Source: Longimicrobiales bacterium
GTDB lineage: Bacteria; Gemmatimonadota; Gemmatimonadetes; Longimicrobiales; Gaopeijiaceae
DNA: 64,000 nt
Direction: 5' to 3'
Assembly (NCBI GenBank): GCA_965226375.1
Contig: CBDDCX010000007.1
Location: 128,001-192,000 of the forward strand
This document shows, piece after piece, positions 32,187 to 42,480 of this stretch; within the stretch, counting starts at the first letter, position 1; each line of letters starts with the position of its first letter. Under the pieces are notes generated by a model that worked only from the letters and a program-made list of their open reading frames with translations, ran no database searches and had not been told where the DNA came from. Made by a program: the position numbers and the translations under genes.

Positions 32187-33026
32187 TCAACCGCCGACTA
32201 TCTTCATGGTTCTGCGCTGCTTGGCGGTCAGGTTCATCGGCCCCGGCACGACGGGGACCCTGACCGACCCCGCGAGGTCACGGTCGATTTCCTGTAAAAA
32301 GAGAGCGCGGCGCGACGGATCCCACAGATAGAATCCTGTCTCTGGTCCCGACATGGTCTGCGTCACGTCCATCCCAGCTACGGTGGCAGCCACCTCGATG
32401 GCTACCTCGGCTTCGGTTCTGACCAGGATCATTCCCCTGCCGTCCACAACCGTATCGCCCACGAGGGTGGAGGTGCCCACCCAGGTGACGTCGATCGAGC
32501 CCGTGGCATCGCTTCCCATGTACGAGGTCGTGTCCACCCAACTGCCACCCGGCATGACCCCCCGGGGGGGTAGTTTGGGGAGCAATTCGTTGGCGAGGGC
32601 CGTCACGTTGAAGGCCGGACCGCCTACATTCGAGACCTCGGGCAGCTCGATCAACTCCGCGTCTCCGCGTCCATCGGTCGAAATGACCAGGTCACCCTGG
32701 ACGTCGGACTCGGTGAGCATGACCGGTGCGGATAGAGGATTGGTCATGCGGGCCGAGAGACTCTCCACCGCGGTCGTCACCTGCACTCCGGCAGCAGACG
32801 CCGTAAAAGCCATGCCCAGCGTCATCGCCTGATCGATACGCAGCGTCAGCGATCCCATGCCGGGTGCCTCTATCGAGATGGCCATCGAATCGGACCGCTC
32901 ATACGTGAGGGGGTTCCCGTCGGGAACCGCGTACACCATGACGGTGGCCCCACCACCCAAGGCCGCTCCACCACCGCAGCCAGCGAGCACTGCCGCGCCA
33001 GCCGACAGGAGCATCCTGAGTCGCAT
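32187..33026 (-). CDS. Hypothetical lipoprotein
   Basis: LAGC lipobox; LPKLP....PGGSWVDT beta-rich body. Confidence 0.75.
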   Translation of the reverse strand: MRLRMLLSAGAAVLAGCGGGAALGGGATVMVYAVPDGNPLTYERSDSMAISIEAPGMGSLTLRIDQAMTLGMAFTASAAGVQVTTAVESLSARMTNPLSAPVMLTESDVQGDLVISTDGRGDAELIELPEVSNVGGPAFNVTALANELLPKLPPRGVMPGGSWVDTTSYMGSDATGSIDVTWVGTSTLVGDTVVDGRGMILVRTEAEVAIEVAATVAGMDVTQTMSGPETGFYLWDPSRRALFLQEIDRDLAGSVRVPVVPGPMNLTAKQRRTMKIVGG

Positions 33027-33254
33027 CGACTTCTCCTCTTGGGGATCGCGTCCTCGACCATCCGATCGAGGGCGTTGCCGCACGCCGACCAGTCTACGCT
33101 ACGATTGGTGCGGAGGGAATCTTCCCACGTCACAAACGGCAATACTGGACGTGCCGAGCCATTCGGGTCCTCTTGGCCTCCGCTGACCGCACGGGTTATC
33201 GTTGATGACTCAAAGCGACACTGACCACGGGGCCTCCCGTGATGATGGAGAGAG

Positions 33255-33872
33255 ATGATGAGTCTTCGGACGAACCCTGATCGCATCCTGGAGAACATCG
33301 ACCGGCAGCGAACACGGGAAGAAGAGGGTCACGCGGGCCAGGATCGACATGCGATCGGGAGAGATCTCGACACCGAGATCCCCGACATCGACGCTACCAC
33401 GCCCGAGCGTATGCGCCGCATATTCGCGATCGTGGAGCGCAGTTACACCAAGGCCGCTGCCAACGCGGAGCTCGGGAAGTTGGCATCCCACTTCCGGGCG
33501 GTGGGTGACATCCCCACGCATCACGCTCGCGGGGACGTTTCGATCTCCATTCAGTACATCGACTCTCCCCGTCCCGACGACGTGGGAATGGCCCCCTTCG
33601 AGATCGTACCGGCGCGCCTCGTGGAGGCGAAGAAGGAGACCAAGACGAGCCGTCCTGATGTCAACGCGCTCAAGGTTCTCCGGGTCGAGATCCGCGACGG
33701 GGTCGGGGCGGCATACAAGAAGGTCGAGCCGAGGATCCGGGACGCATTGCGCGACCGGGCAGACATGGGCCACGTCGCGGTTCAGGTCACGATGGACGTC
33801 CGACCGGTCGAGAGTGCGACTTCCGTGGTCGACCTGCTTTCCTCGCTCGACGGCCCGCCTCCCTCGGCGTAG
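33255..33872 (+). CDS. Hypothetical cytoplasmic protein
   Basis: GGAG RBS, high GC3 codon usage, 205 aa; no family recognised. Confidence 0.75.
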   Translation: MMSLRTNPDRILENIDRQRTREEEGHAGQDRHAIGRDLDTEIPDIDATTPERMRRIFAIVERSYTKAAANAELGKLASHFRAVGDIPTHHARGDVSISIQYIDSPRPDDVGMAPFEIVPARLVEAKKETKTSRPDVNALKVLRVEIRDGVGAAYKKVEPRIRDALRDRADMGHVAVQVTMDVRPVESATSVVDLLSSLDGPPPSA

Positions 33873-33877
33873 ATGAC

Positions 33878-34063
33878 GTGTCCGCGGGACGGAACCAGGA
33901 GTTCGGACGGGTCTTGGTCGTCCTCGCGGTCATCCTGCTCGGCGTATTCTTGACGTTCGATCTCACCCGACCCGACTCCCTCGTGCGTTCCCTGTTCAGC
34001 CCGCAGGCGGACCCGCGTAACCAACCCCGGGAGCTGATCGACGCCCTTCGACGCTCACGGTAG
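33878..34063 (+). CDS. Small single-pass membrane protein
   Basis: One TM segment; fills the gap between co-oriented genes. Confidence 0.55.
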   Translation: MSAGRNQEFGRVLVVLAVILLGVFLTFDLTRPDSLVRSLFSPQADPRNQPRELIDALRRSR

Positions 34064-34104
34064 GAGTCCGGGAGGGTCCCGCTTGATGGTCGGGATGCGC
34101 TAGC

Positions 34105-35010
34105 GTGGTCGTCTTCGTATTCCTCGACGGGGTCGGGATCGGTACGTCCGACCCCGACCGAAACCCCTTCCTGCAGGCGCACCTCCCCGGACTGGAAAAG
34201 CTCCTGGGCGGACCGATACCCACTCTCGACGCACCATCCATAGTTGGACCGTTGGGCCGGGCCATCCCGTTGGACGCCAACTTGGGTGTCGACGGGATTC
34301 CGCAGAGCGGAACGGGTCAGATCACATTGATGACCGGAGAAAACGCGGCACTGGCCTTCGGGCGTCACTTCGGACCCTGGGCTCCGGTGCGCTTACGCCC
34401 CCTACTCCTCGAGAAGAACGTCCTGAGCCGGGCACAGCAGGCCGGCCACTCTGCGGCGTTCGCCAACGCCTACCCCGAAGGGTATCTCGAACACCACGGT
34501 GCGCGCTTTCCGGCCTCACCGCCGCTGGCCGCCAACGCCGCCGGACTCTTGAATCGCCACGCCGCCGAGCTCGCTTCGGGCGATGCGGTATCGAGCGAGA
34601 TCGTGAACACCGGATGGAGAAAGAGGCTGGGCCACAGCGAAGTGCCGGACATCACACCGGGTGAAGCCGGAGCGAACCTGGCCCGCATCGCCGCGGGTGT
34701 TGATCTGACCTGCTACGCCCACTACTCGACCGACTACGCCGGCCACAAGGAGAGCGTGGAGGAAGCCGTGACGGCCCTCGAGCGCGTGGACCAGTTCCTG
34801 TCAGGAGTGGTGGACCGGCTCACCGAGGGGGATTCACTGGTTGTGGCCAGCGATCACGGCAACCTGGAAGACGTCACGGGGGGACACACCCGGAATCCCG
34901 TCCTGGGGCTATTGGCTGGCGCGGCGGCCGAGGCGGAGAGGCTCCCCTCGTCGATTCTGGACGTGGCGCCGTTCGTTTTGGGCCTGCTGAGCTCCGAAAC
35001 GTCGCGCTAA
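34105..35010 (+). CDS. Alkaline-phosphatase-superfamily metalloenzyme (iPGM-like)
   Basis: FLDGVGIG, PQSGTGQ, TDYAGH, SDHGNLED, HTRNPV. Confidence 0.85.
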   Translation: MVVFVFLDGVGIGTSDPDRNPFLQAHLPGLEKLLGGPIPTLDAPSIVGPLGRAIPLDANLGVDGIPQSGTGQITLMTGENAALAFGRHFGPWAPVRLRPLLLEKNVLSRAQQAGHSAAFANAYPEGYLEHHGARFPASPPLAANAAGLLNRHAAELASGDAVSSEIVNTGWRKRLGHSEVPDITPGEAGANLARIAAGVDLTCYAHYSTDYAGHKESVEEAVTALERVDQFLSGVVDRLTEGDSLVVASDHGNLEDVTGGHTRNPVLGLLAGAAAEAERLPSSILDVAPFVLGLLSSETSR

Positions 35011-35077
35011 CCGGCATTCTGTCGATCCGTGCCGCTTCGACGATTCGAACGCCCGGTCGCTTGCTCCACACTCCGTC

Positions 35078-36847
35078 ATGCCGACGCGACCGAAGCCCCT
35101 GGGAGAACTCCTCGTGGACTCCGGACGCCTCAGGGCCCGAGACCTCGAGGCCGCCCTGTCGGAGCAAAACGGATCGACTGCCCGCCTGGGAGACATTCTC
35201 GTAGCTCGGGGATACGTCGACGATGTGGCCGTCGCTCGGACGCTGGCCACCCAGCTCAGGCTGCCGTTCGCCGACGGACCTCTGACCCCGGATCCCGCCG
35301 CGATCCGTCTGATCGAGGGCCCATTTGCCCGAACGCGGACGGTTCTGCCGCTCTCAGCCGGCCACCGTACCCTGCGACTGGCGATCTCGGATCCCCTCGA
35401 CCAGGTGACCCTGGACGAGGCCCGATTCAGCACCGGTCGTCACGTCGAGGCCGTCGTAGCAGCCCCCTCCGTCCTGGTCGACGCCATTCGAACGGCCTAC
35501 GGCGAGGCACTCGAGCACCTCGTCGACGGCCTCCCGGACGCTGATGAAGCCGTTGAGGCCCATGTCTCGGACGCGGTCACGGAAGCGGCCCCGGTCGTGC
35601 GGCTCGTGAACCACATCCTCCATCAAGCAGCGGCGCTAGGCGCGAGTGACGTCCATCTGGAGCCCTCTCAGGGACAGCTCGTGGTCCGCTGGCGAGTCGA
35701 TGGAGTGCTGCGCCGCTCCGTCACCCTACCCGGGTCCAGCCTCGGTCCGGTGGCGTCGCGTATCAAGGTGATCTCGGGTCTGGATATCTCGGTAAGGCGT
35801 CGGCCACAAGACGGAGGGCTGGCATTCGAACACGCGGGCGCCTCCCTGCGAGTACGGGTGTCTACCCTGCCCACCGTCGAGGGCGAGAAGGTGGTGCTAC
35901 GGCTCCTGGACCCACTCCAGGTCCCACGAAATCTCGGAACGCTGGGCCTCGCCGACAGGGACCTGAAGCTGATTCGCCGACTAGGGGCGGCGGGCCAAGG
36001 CGTGGTCCTCGCTGCCGGACCCACGGGAAGCGGCAAAAGCAGCAGCCTCTTCGCAGCCCTGACCGAACTCAACCAAGAGGGACTGAACGTGGTCACCGTG
36101 GAGGATCCGGTGGAGTACCGCGTTCCCGGGATCAATCAGGTTCAGGTCAGCCCACTGGCGGGCATGACCTTTCCCGCCGCATTACGGGCAATACTACGCC
36201 AGGACCCCGACATCGTGATGATCGGAGAGATACGAGATCGCGAGACGGCAGAGATCGCCATGGCGGCCGCCGTGACCGGCCACCTGGTCCTGTCGACCAT
36301 TCACACCACCGACGCCCCCGGGGCCATAACTCGGCTACTCCACATGGGCGTACCCCCCTATCTGGTCGCCGGAGGACTCACGGGCGTGGTGGCCCAACGC
36401 CTGGTCCGTACGCTCTGCACCGCGTGTCGGGGACATAGGGCCGATGGGTGCGGGCGGTGTACGGACGGCTATGCGGGGCGGACGGGTGTGTTTCAGGTGC
36501 TCGCGATCAACGACTATATGCGAGACGAAATCATTCGAGGCGCCTCCACAGCCACTCTCCGCCGCTTGGCCGCGGAGAGTGGGATGGCTTCCCTCTCCGA
36601 GGACGCACGTCAAAAGGTGGCAGAAGGCCTCACCACGCCCCACGAGGTCGCGAGGGTCATTCAGACCGACCCCGGAGCCGTGGTGCCCTGCTCGAGCTGT
36701 GGCGGGGAGGTCCCTACAGAGGCCCTGGGATGTCCGTACTGCGGTCTGTGCGTGAGGAGCCTCTGTCGGTGCGGCTTCCAGCTTGGAAAGGGGTGGCGTT
36801 TCTGCCCAGGGTGCCTTCGCACGGCCTCAGCCCCCCAGTCGGCCTGA
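35078..36847 (+). CDS. GspE/PilB family ATPase with MshEN N-terminus and C-terminal double zinc ribbon
   Basis: ASDVHLEP, GPTGSGKS, EDPVE, LRQDPDIVMIGEIRD, TGHLVLSTIH. Confidence 0.92.
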   Translation: MPTRPKPLGELLVDSGRLRARDLEAALSEQNGSTARLGDILVARGYVDDVAVARTLATQLRLPFADGPLTPDPAAIRLIEGPFARTRTVLPLSAGHRTLRLAISDPLDQVTLDEARFSTGRHVEAVVAAPSVLVDAIRTAYGEALEHLVDGLPDADEAVEAHVSDAVTEAAPVVRLVNHILHQAAALGASDVHLEPSQGQLVVRWRVDGVLRRSVTLPGSSLGPVASRIKVISGLDISVRRRPQDGGLAFEHAGASLRVRVSTLPTVEGEKVVLRLLDPLQVPRNLGTLGLADRDLKLIRRLGAAGQGVVLAAGPTGSGKSSSLFAALTELNQEGLNVVTVEDPVEYRVPGINQVQVSPLAGMTFPAALRAILRQDPDIVMIGEIRDRETAEIAMAAAVTGHLVLSTIHTTDAPGAITRLLHMGVPPYLVAGGLTGVVAQRLVRTLCTACRGHRADGCGRCTDGYAGRTGVFQVLAINDYMRDEIIRGASTATLRRLAAESGMASLSEDARQKVAEGLTTPHEVARVIQTDPGAVVPCSSCGGEVPTEALGCPYCGLCVRSLCRCGFQLGKGWRFCPGCLRTASAPQSA

Positions 36848-37546
36848 AACCTCTCGTAACAGGCGACCGACCGGATCACCCCCTTGAGGCCAGAAGTGAC
36901 GATCCGATATTCGATTGAGCGCCACTCGCACCCCGCTGAAGTGATCCGCCACCCCCCGCAACACATGATCCATGCCGAGCTCTTGTGCCTCCCGGCTGTT
37001 GGACGCCTGGCGGTAGCCGCCGGCACCCAGCTCCTCGAAGTAGGCAATCGGGGGGGCACCCCTGCGGCGGGTGCGCGCCTCCAGGTAGTCGGGGAACAAC
37101 CCCGAAATCCACAGGGCAAAATTCCCCATGTGCACTCTCAGGAGGAATTGTCGCCGCCCGCCCGCGGTCTGCATCTCGGAGATCATGTCGGTCAGGTAGT
37201 GGAACTCACTGCCGTCCCGGGCCGATATCCGATACGGCCGCTTGGCACGTCCGAACGCGGCGATGAGCGAAGCGACGTAGTCGGCTGTGCCCCGGTCGTC
37301 GATGCCGCCCTCCAGGAGGGCCTGCCGAACCAGCACGTAGAAGACGATCGTAGGAGGCACGGAGACGTCGGGGTCCGTCAAGAGACCGTTCAAGACTCTG
37401 GGATCGTCCAGAAGACTGTCGACACCATGCTCGTCGAGTCGAAGCCGCGCGGCCTCCGACATTTCAGAGTCGTCACGGCCTATGAGAGCCGCCAGCTGCC
37501 TCGCATCACTACGGCTCAGGGAGGCCCTAATCGTGGGCATGATCAT
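36827..37546 (-). CDS. Conserved-looking hypothetical protein
   Basis: GGAGG RBS; HMGNFALWISGLFP...RRGAP..YFEELG motif. Confidence 0.75.
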   Translation of the reverse strand: MIMPTIRASLSRSDARQLAALIGRDDSEMSEAARLRLDEHGVDSLLDDPRVLNGLLTDPDVSVPPTIVFYVLVRQALLEGGIDDRGTADYVASLIAAFGRAKRPYRISARDGSEFHYLTDMISEMQTAGGRRQFLLRVHMGNFALWISGLFPDYLEARTRRRGAPPIAYFEELGAGGYRQASNSREAQELGMDHVLRGVADHFSGVRVALNRISDRHFWPQGGDPVGRLLREVSGRLGG

Positions 37547-37784
37547 GGGTCCCTCCCTTCCCGGCTGTGAGCTTGAAGCCCCTAACCTGCGCCCTGCCCT
37601 CCCCTCCCCAATACGCAAATGGCGGATTCGGGGTCCGCAGGCCCCCCAAAACACCTCGCTGACCATTGCACTGATCGGGCTGATCATGGCGCTCGTGCTC
37701 TTCGCTCTCGCGGAACGCGCCGCGTACTGCGCTGGAGGTCCTCCTGCGCGCCAGCCTATCGGGCAGGCGATTCGCGAGGATCAG

Positions 37785-39129
37785 TCAGAGGAGCTCCACG
37801 AGCCCATCGTGACCGTGCCTCAAAGGGATGTCATGGTCGAGCCGAGCCAGCTGCTGACGCGTGAGGCTCAGCTTGGTCTCCAGAAAGCGGTCGTCGTGCA
37901 TCGGATCGTGGTGGGTGACGATCCACCGCTTCACCTTTGCGAGCTTCGCGAGCAAGCAGGCGTTGGACACGGAGCTGTGCCCCCATCCGATCTTGCTCAC
38001 GTACTCCTCGTTCGTGTACTGAGCTTCATGGATCAGAACGTCCACTTCCGTGAGGAAATCTATGATGCGGCGGTAAGGATCGAAGATGCCCTCATCGAGA
38101 GAGATCGCGTCGGGCTCGCCGATGTAGCCCTGTAGGAACTCGTTGTCGGGAATCCAGGCGAGCGTTGTTCCGGCCACGTCGATCTTGTAGCCGACTGTGG
38201 CTCCCGGATGTTGCACGTACTCCCAGGAGACGATGACGTCGCCGATGCGAATGGGCTCCGACCCCAGATGGCGGAACTCGATGTCGGCGTTCATGTCCTC
38301 CATTTGCACCGGAAAGTAGTCGCTATCGAGCTGACCCCGGAAAAGGGACTCGAGGCTCTTTCCGAAGCCTTCAGCGCCGTACACCGTGACCTGGAAGCCC
38401 GGAACGTAGGCTGGGGTGAAGAAGGGGAAACCCTGGATGTGATCCCAATGGGTGTGGGTGATGAAGACGTGGAGGCGGCGTGCCTCCCCTTTCATCAAGT
38501 CGAGCCCGAGTTCGCGAATCCCTGATCCCGCGTCGAAGATGAACCTGTCCTGACCGAACTCGATCTCCAGGCACGAGGTGTTTCCACCGTGCCGCATGAA
38601 CGCGGGTCCCGGTGTGGGGATCAAGCCACGCGTTCCCCACATTGAAAGCCGGCCGCCAGCGGTTTCAAGCTCGGGCTGATACGGCTGGCCCACGCGGGCA
38701 ATACTGGGAACCGCGCCCATTTGGGAGTCGTCACCAGATTCCGTTGAGAAGAAACTCCCGACCCTCCGGAGAAGGTCCTCGATGTGAAACGGGTTTGACG
38801 AGGAAATCGATCGCTCCGAGCTCGGTCGCCGACGAGTGCTCGGTTTTGAAGCTCTTTCCGGTGCAGACTATGACCCCGACGTCCCGAGTCGAGGGATCTG
38901 CACGAAGCTGCTTGAGGACCTCGATTCCGTGCACTTCGGGCATCATGAGGTCGAGCAGGATCAAATCCGGGTTGAAGGTGCGCACCTTCTCCAGGCACTC
39001 TGCGCCGTCCAGAGCCGCGGCGACCTCGTGCCCAGCACCCTCCAAGGCTCTAACCATCGCGAAGCAGATATTCTCATCGTCTTCGGCCACGAGGACCCGG
39101 CCGGTAGTGTGCGTCTCCCCGTCACCCAT
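37785..39129 (-). pseudogene. Response-regulator receiver + MBL-fold metallo-hydrolase fusion, split by one extra base at 38791-38793 (real frameshift or sequencing error)
   Basis: REC: AEDD, LLDLMMP, KP; removing one C gives KPFHIEDLLRRVGSFF...QMGAV in frame with the MBL part (GGNTSC, THTHWDHIQG, WGHS, HHDP). Confidence 0.85.
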
Positions 39130-39284
39130 CGAGAACCTCCATCGATCTCTGGGACGTCTGCTACTCGGAACGAAACGTACGGGCCGCGAACGCGTTCGAG
39201 TAGTTGCGTGCGAAGGCCGACATGTCGAGGCTGTAGTGGCCCCGTCCTCCACCGAGCGGCGTCACAGGGCGCGAGTGGTGTCGC

Positions 39285-40385
39285 TCAGAACACTTCCTTT
39301 CGGACCGTTCTCTCCTCGAGCAGATCCATCTTGATTTCCACCCCGATGCCTGGCCCCGAGGGGACCCGCAGCTCCCCGTCGACCATCACGAATTCGGGAT
39401 CGACGATGTCCTCGTGCCAGTAGCGCCGACTCGATGAGATGTCGCCCGGAAGCGAGAAGCCGGGCAAGGTGGCGAGTGCCACGTTGTGCGCTCTCCCGAC
39501 GCCCGACTCGAGCATGCCACCGCACCAGACGGGCCAATCGTTCGCCACGCACAGGTCGTGAATCGCCTTCGACGACTCGAAGCCCCCCACCCTTCCCGGC
39601 TTGATGTTGATGATGCGGCCGGCACCGATCTCGATCGCCAACTCCGCGTCGCGCACGGATCGGATCGATTCGTCGAGGCAGACCGGCGTATCCAAAGTCT
39701 CCTGGAGACGCGCATGATCCAGGTAGTCGTCATGGGCCAACGGCTGTTCGATCATCATGAGATCGAGGTCGTCCAGGGCTTTCAGCTTGGGAGCGTCGGC
39801 CAACGTGTATGCCGAGTTGGCGTCCGCCATCATGGGCATGTCTGGGAATTTGTCCCGTAGGCCAGCTAACATCTCGATGTCGCGACCGGGCTTGATCTTG
39901 ATCTTGATGCGCGAGTACCCCTGCTCCACGAAGTCACCGACCTTCTGGTGCAGCGTTTCATCGTTGGGCTGAAGACCGATGCTCACCCCGACCTTCACCG
40001 CGTCACCCACCCCACCGAGGTGCTCCGCTAGGCTCTCGCCGTTCAGCTTGGCCTGGAGGTCGTGCGCCGCCATCTCTATGGCGGCCTTGGCCATGCGATG
40101 GCCGCGGACCCACCGGATCGGGTCGCTCACGTCGCGTGCCGTCGACGCCTCCGTCCCCAACACCTTCGGAAGCATCAGCTCGGTGAGCATCGGCCAGGCC
40201 GTCTGGATCGTCTCGTAGGAGTAGTCGGGATACTCTCCCGCCACGCACTCACCCCAACCCGTTACACCGTCACAGGTCAGCGCGAGCACCATGACGCGGC
40301 GGTCATAGGCCACCCCACTGGATATCTCGAACGGCTCGGTGAGCTGCATACGTACTTCTCGTAACTCGATGCGGTCTATCTTCAC
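39285..40385 (-). CDS. menC: o-Succinylbenzoate synthase / N-succinylamino acid racemase (enolase superfamily)
   Basis: KIKIKPG, DANSAY, EQP, DES, NIKPGRVGG, WCGGMLE. Confidence 0.9.
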   Translation of the reverse strand: MKIDRIELREVRMQLTEPFEISSGVAYDRRVMVLALTCDGVTGWGECVAGEYPDYSYETIQTAWPMLTELMLPKVLGTEASTARDVSDPIRWVRGHRMAKAAIEMAAHDLQAKLNGESLAEHLGGVGDAVKVGVSIGLQPNDETLHQKVGDFVEQGYSRIKIKIKPGRDIEMLAGLRDKFPDMPMMADANSAYTLADAPKLKALDDLDLMMIEQPLAHDDYLDHARLQETLDTPVCLDESIRSVRDAELAIEIGAGRIINIKPGRVGGFESSKAIHDLCVANDWPVWCGGMLESGVGRAHNVALATLPGFSLPGDISSSRRYWHEDIVDPEFVMVDGELRVPSGPGIGVEIKMDLLEERTVRKEVF

Positions 40386-40464
40386 GGGGTTCCTCTCGAA
40401 GGGTGCGGTTCGCGGTTATGAGTGTTCGGTGACCCGGGCGATGCCGTTCCGGTGTCGGGACGCA

Positions 40465-41292
40465 TCAGTTGAGCGACACCAGCAGGTACTCCGAGTGACG
40501 CGGGCGACGGTACAGCTCCCGTACCTCGTAGCCTCGGTCCAGGTAGCAGGACAGTACGGCGCGCGTGGCGTGGCGCCACCGCACCGCGGCCTCGAGCGAC
40601 TCGGCCTTGAGCTCCTGAATGGACGACGGCATCGGAGTGAGAATCCGGTCCGCCTCGAGCGAGAGGTCGGACTCACCGGGAAGAAGCAGGCCTCCTTCTT
40701 CGACGGTCGTGAAAGCGGCAACGGCACCCTCATCCCCACCCACCTCCGGTCCCGACCGGCCCTCTACCAGGCGCTGGAGCACCCGTTCTGAATCCATCGT
40801 CCAGGTTGGCACAAAACGATCGGTGCCGATGCCCTGGTGGAGGGGTGAGTCGGTCTGGCCGTACATGTCCTGCACGTACTCCCGCACCACCGCGCCGAGC
40901 TTGTTGAGGTTGAGGTGCGCATTCTTGGACTCCAGCGGATCGAAGGTCCAATGCATCCGCGTGATCCCCTGCTCAAGGAGCATCTCCCGCTGATAAGCCT
41001 TCAGGCGCGCGCCCAAGCCGGTATTCTGCAGTCCGGGGCGGACCGCAAGCATATCCGACCAATGGATGACCTCACCGTTTTCCACGCCGGTCATCCCGTA
41101 GACGAATCCGGCCAGGTCGCCGTTCTCGTCGTAGGCTCCGGAAGCGATGCCCCCCAGACGTTGGCTGACCTTGAGAATGGCCACGGCGACGCGCTCCGAG
41201 AAGCCGGTCCCCCAGACCTCTTCCTGAAAGCGGACGCAGTCCCGGAAGTCCTCGATGCTCTCGAAGGGGCGGATCGTGAAGTCGGACCCCAT
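40465..41292 (-). CDS. GNAT acyltransferase of the OSBS/NSAR-linked type
   Basis: HWSDMLAVRP, LKAYQRE, WTFDPL..KNA.LNL.KLG, MYG, TDRF. Confidence 0.85.
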   Translation of the reverse strand: MGSDFTIRPFESIEDFRDCVRFQEEVWGTGFSERVAVAILKVSQRLGGIASGAYDENGDLAGFVYGMTGVENGEVIHWSDMLAVRPGLQNTGLGARLKAYQREMLLEQGITRMHWTFDPLESKNAHLNLNKLGAVVREYVQDMYGQTDSPLHQGIGTDRFVPTWTMDSERVLQRLVEGRSGPEVGGDEGAVAAFTTVEEGGLLLPGESDLSLEADRILTPMPSSIQELKAESLEAAVRWRHATRAVLSCYLDRGYEVRELYRRPRHSEYLLVSLN

Positions 41293-41511
41293 CCCGTACG
41301 GCTCCTTTAGAGGTTTAAAGCGAGAAACTGGAAGTGCCAGGTGCGAAACACGGCGCGGGGAGAACTTGCGGCGGCGGCGTGCCTGAGACCAGCTTGCCCC
41401 CGGTCCGGTCCCCTTCATGAGGCCGGGACTCTCATGCCGAGAGCCGATCCTCCCTGACCGAAGGGCCACCCTGCGTCTCGAGGTCGGCACTCTCAGCCTA
41501 AAGGAAGACTC

Positions 41512-42426
41512 GTGTCCACGTCACTCCGACTGTTCAGCCCCTCGGTCTTCCTCGCGCTGGCATCCTGTGTGCTCGCGACCTCGGTGCGGGGTCAGGAACC
41601 CATCCGCCGCACGGCCGAAGTCGACGGCCACCCGGTGGCCATCTGGGAGAAGGCCGGGCCGAACCCGAAGGGTGTGATCGTGCTCGTGCACGGGCGTACC
41701 TGGAGCGGGCTCCCCGACTTCGACCTTCAGGTGCCGGGCGAGGACCTTTCGCTCATGGACGGGCTGATCGAGGCCGGCTACGCCACCTTCCCGGTCGACC
41801 TGAGGGGATACGGTGCGACCCCGCGCGACGAGACCGGATGGCTGACCCCGGACCGGGCCGCCCTCGATCTGAAGGCCGTGCTCGCGCGGGTTTGGCGCAG
41901 GACGGGACAGGGTGAGCGGCCAGTCCTGTTCGGTTGGTCGTATGGATCGATGGTTTCCCAACTCACCGTGCAGCGGTGGCCCGAGCTGGTCTCAGCGCTT
42001 GTTCTGTTCGGACATCCGGGGGCGCGGGAGCTGCCGGTAGGTGAAGATCCCGCTGAGCCGCCGAGGGTTACCAACACCGCCCAAGCAGCGGCCAGCGACT
42101 TCATCACTCCGGGATCGATCAGTCAGGCGGCCATCGACCGGTACGTAGAGGTAGCGTTGGAGGCGGACCCGGTGCGGGTGGACTAGCGACGGCTGGACGA
42201 GTGGGGCGAGTTGGACCCGGCCAAGGTAACCGTCCCGACCCTGCTCATGCAGGGAGAGCACGACCCGATCGCGCCGACGGAATCTCAGGCGCCGTTCTTT
42301 GCCGCGCTCGCCACGGGTGATCGCGAATGGGTGACCATTCCGGGTGGTGACCATGCGGCCTTCCTGGAGACACCCCGTGCCTATTTCCTGGATGCGCTGG
42401 TGGGCTTCCTGGAGCGCCCTCGCTGA
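41512..42426 (+). pseudogene. Exported alpha/beta hydrolase with in-frame TAG at 42184-42186
   Basis: HG, GWSYG nucleophile; after the TAG the same frame continues with VPTLLMQGEHDP (Asp) and GGDHAAFLE (His). Confidence 0.85.
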
Positions 42427-42480
42427 ATAAACACCGGTGCCCTAGGCTGAACCCCCACGCTTAGCGTCGAGGCCGACACG

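Noticed and set aside
37640..37785. Hydrophobic fragment LTIALIGLIMALVLFALAERAA on the + strand
   Set aside because: Possibly a membrane-gene relic, but too short to assign
42184..42186. Pyrrolysine or alternative genetic code
   Set aside because: TAG terminates many intact genes here, and TGG->TAG is a single transition
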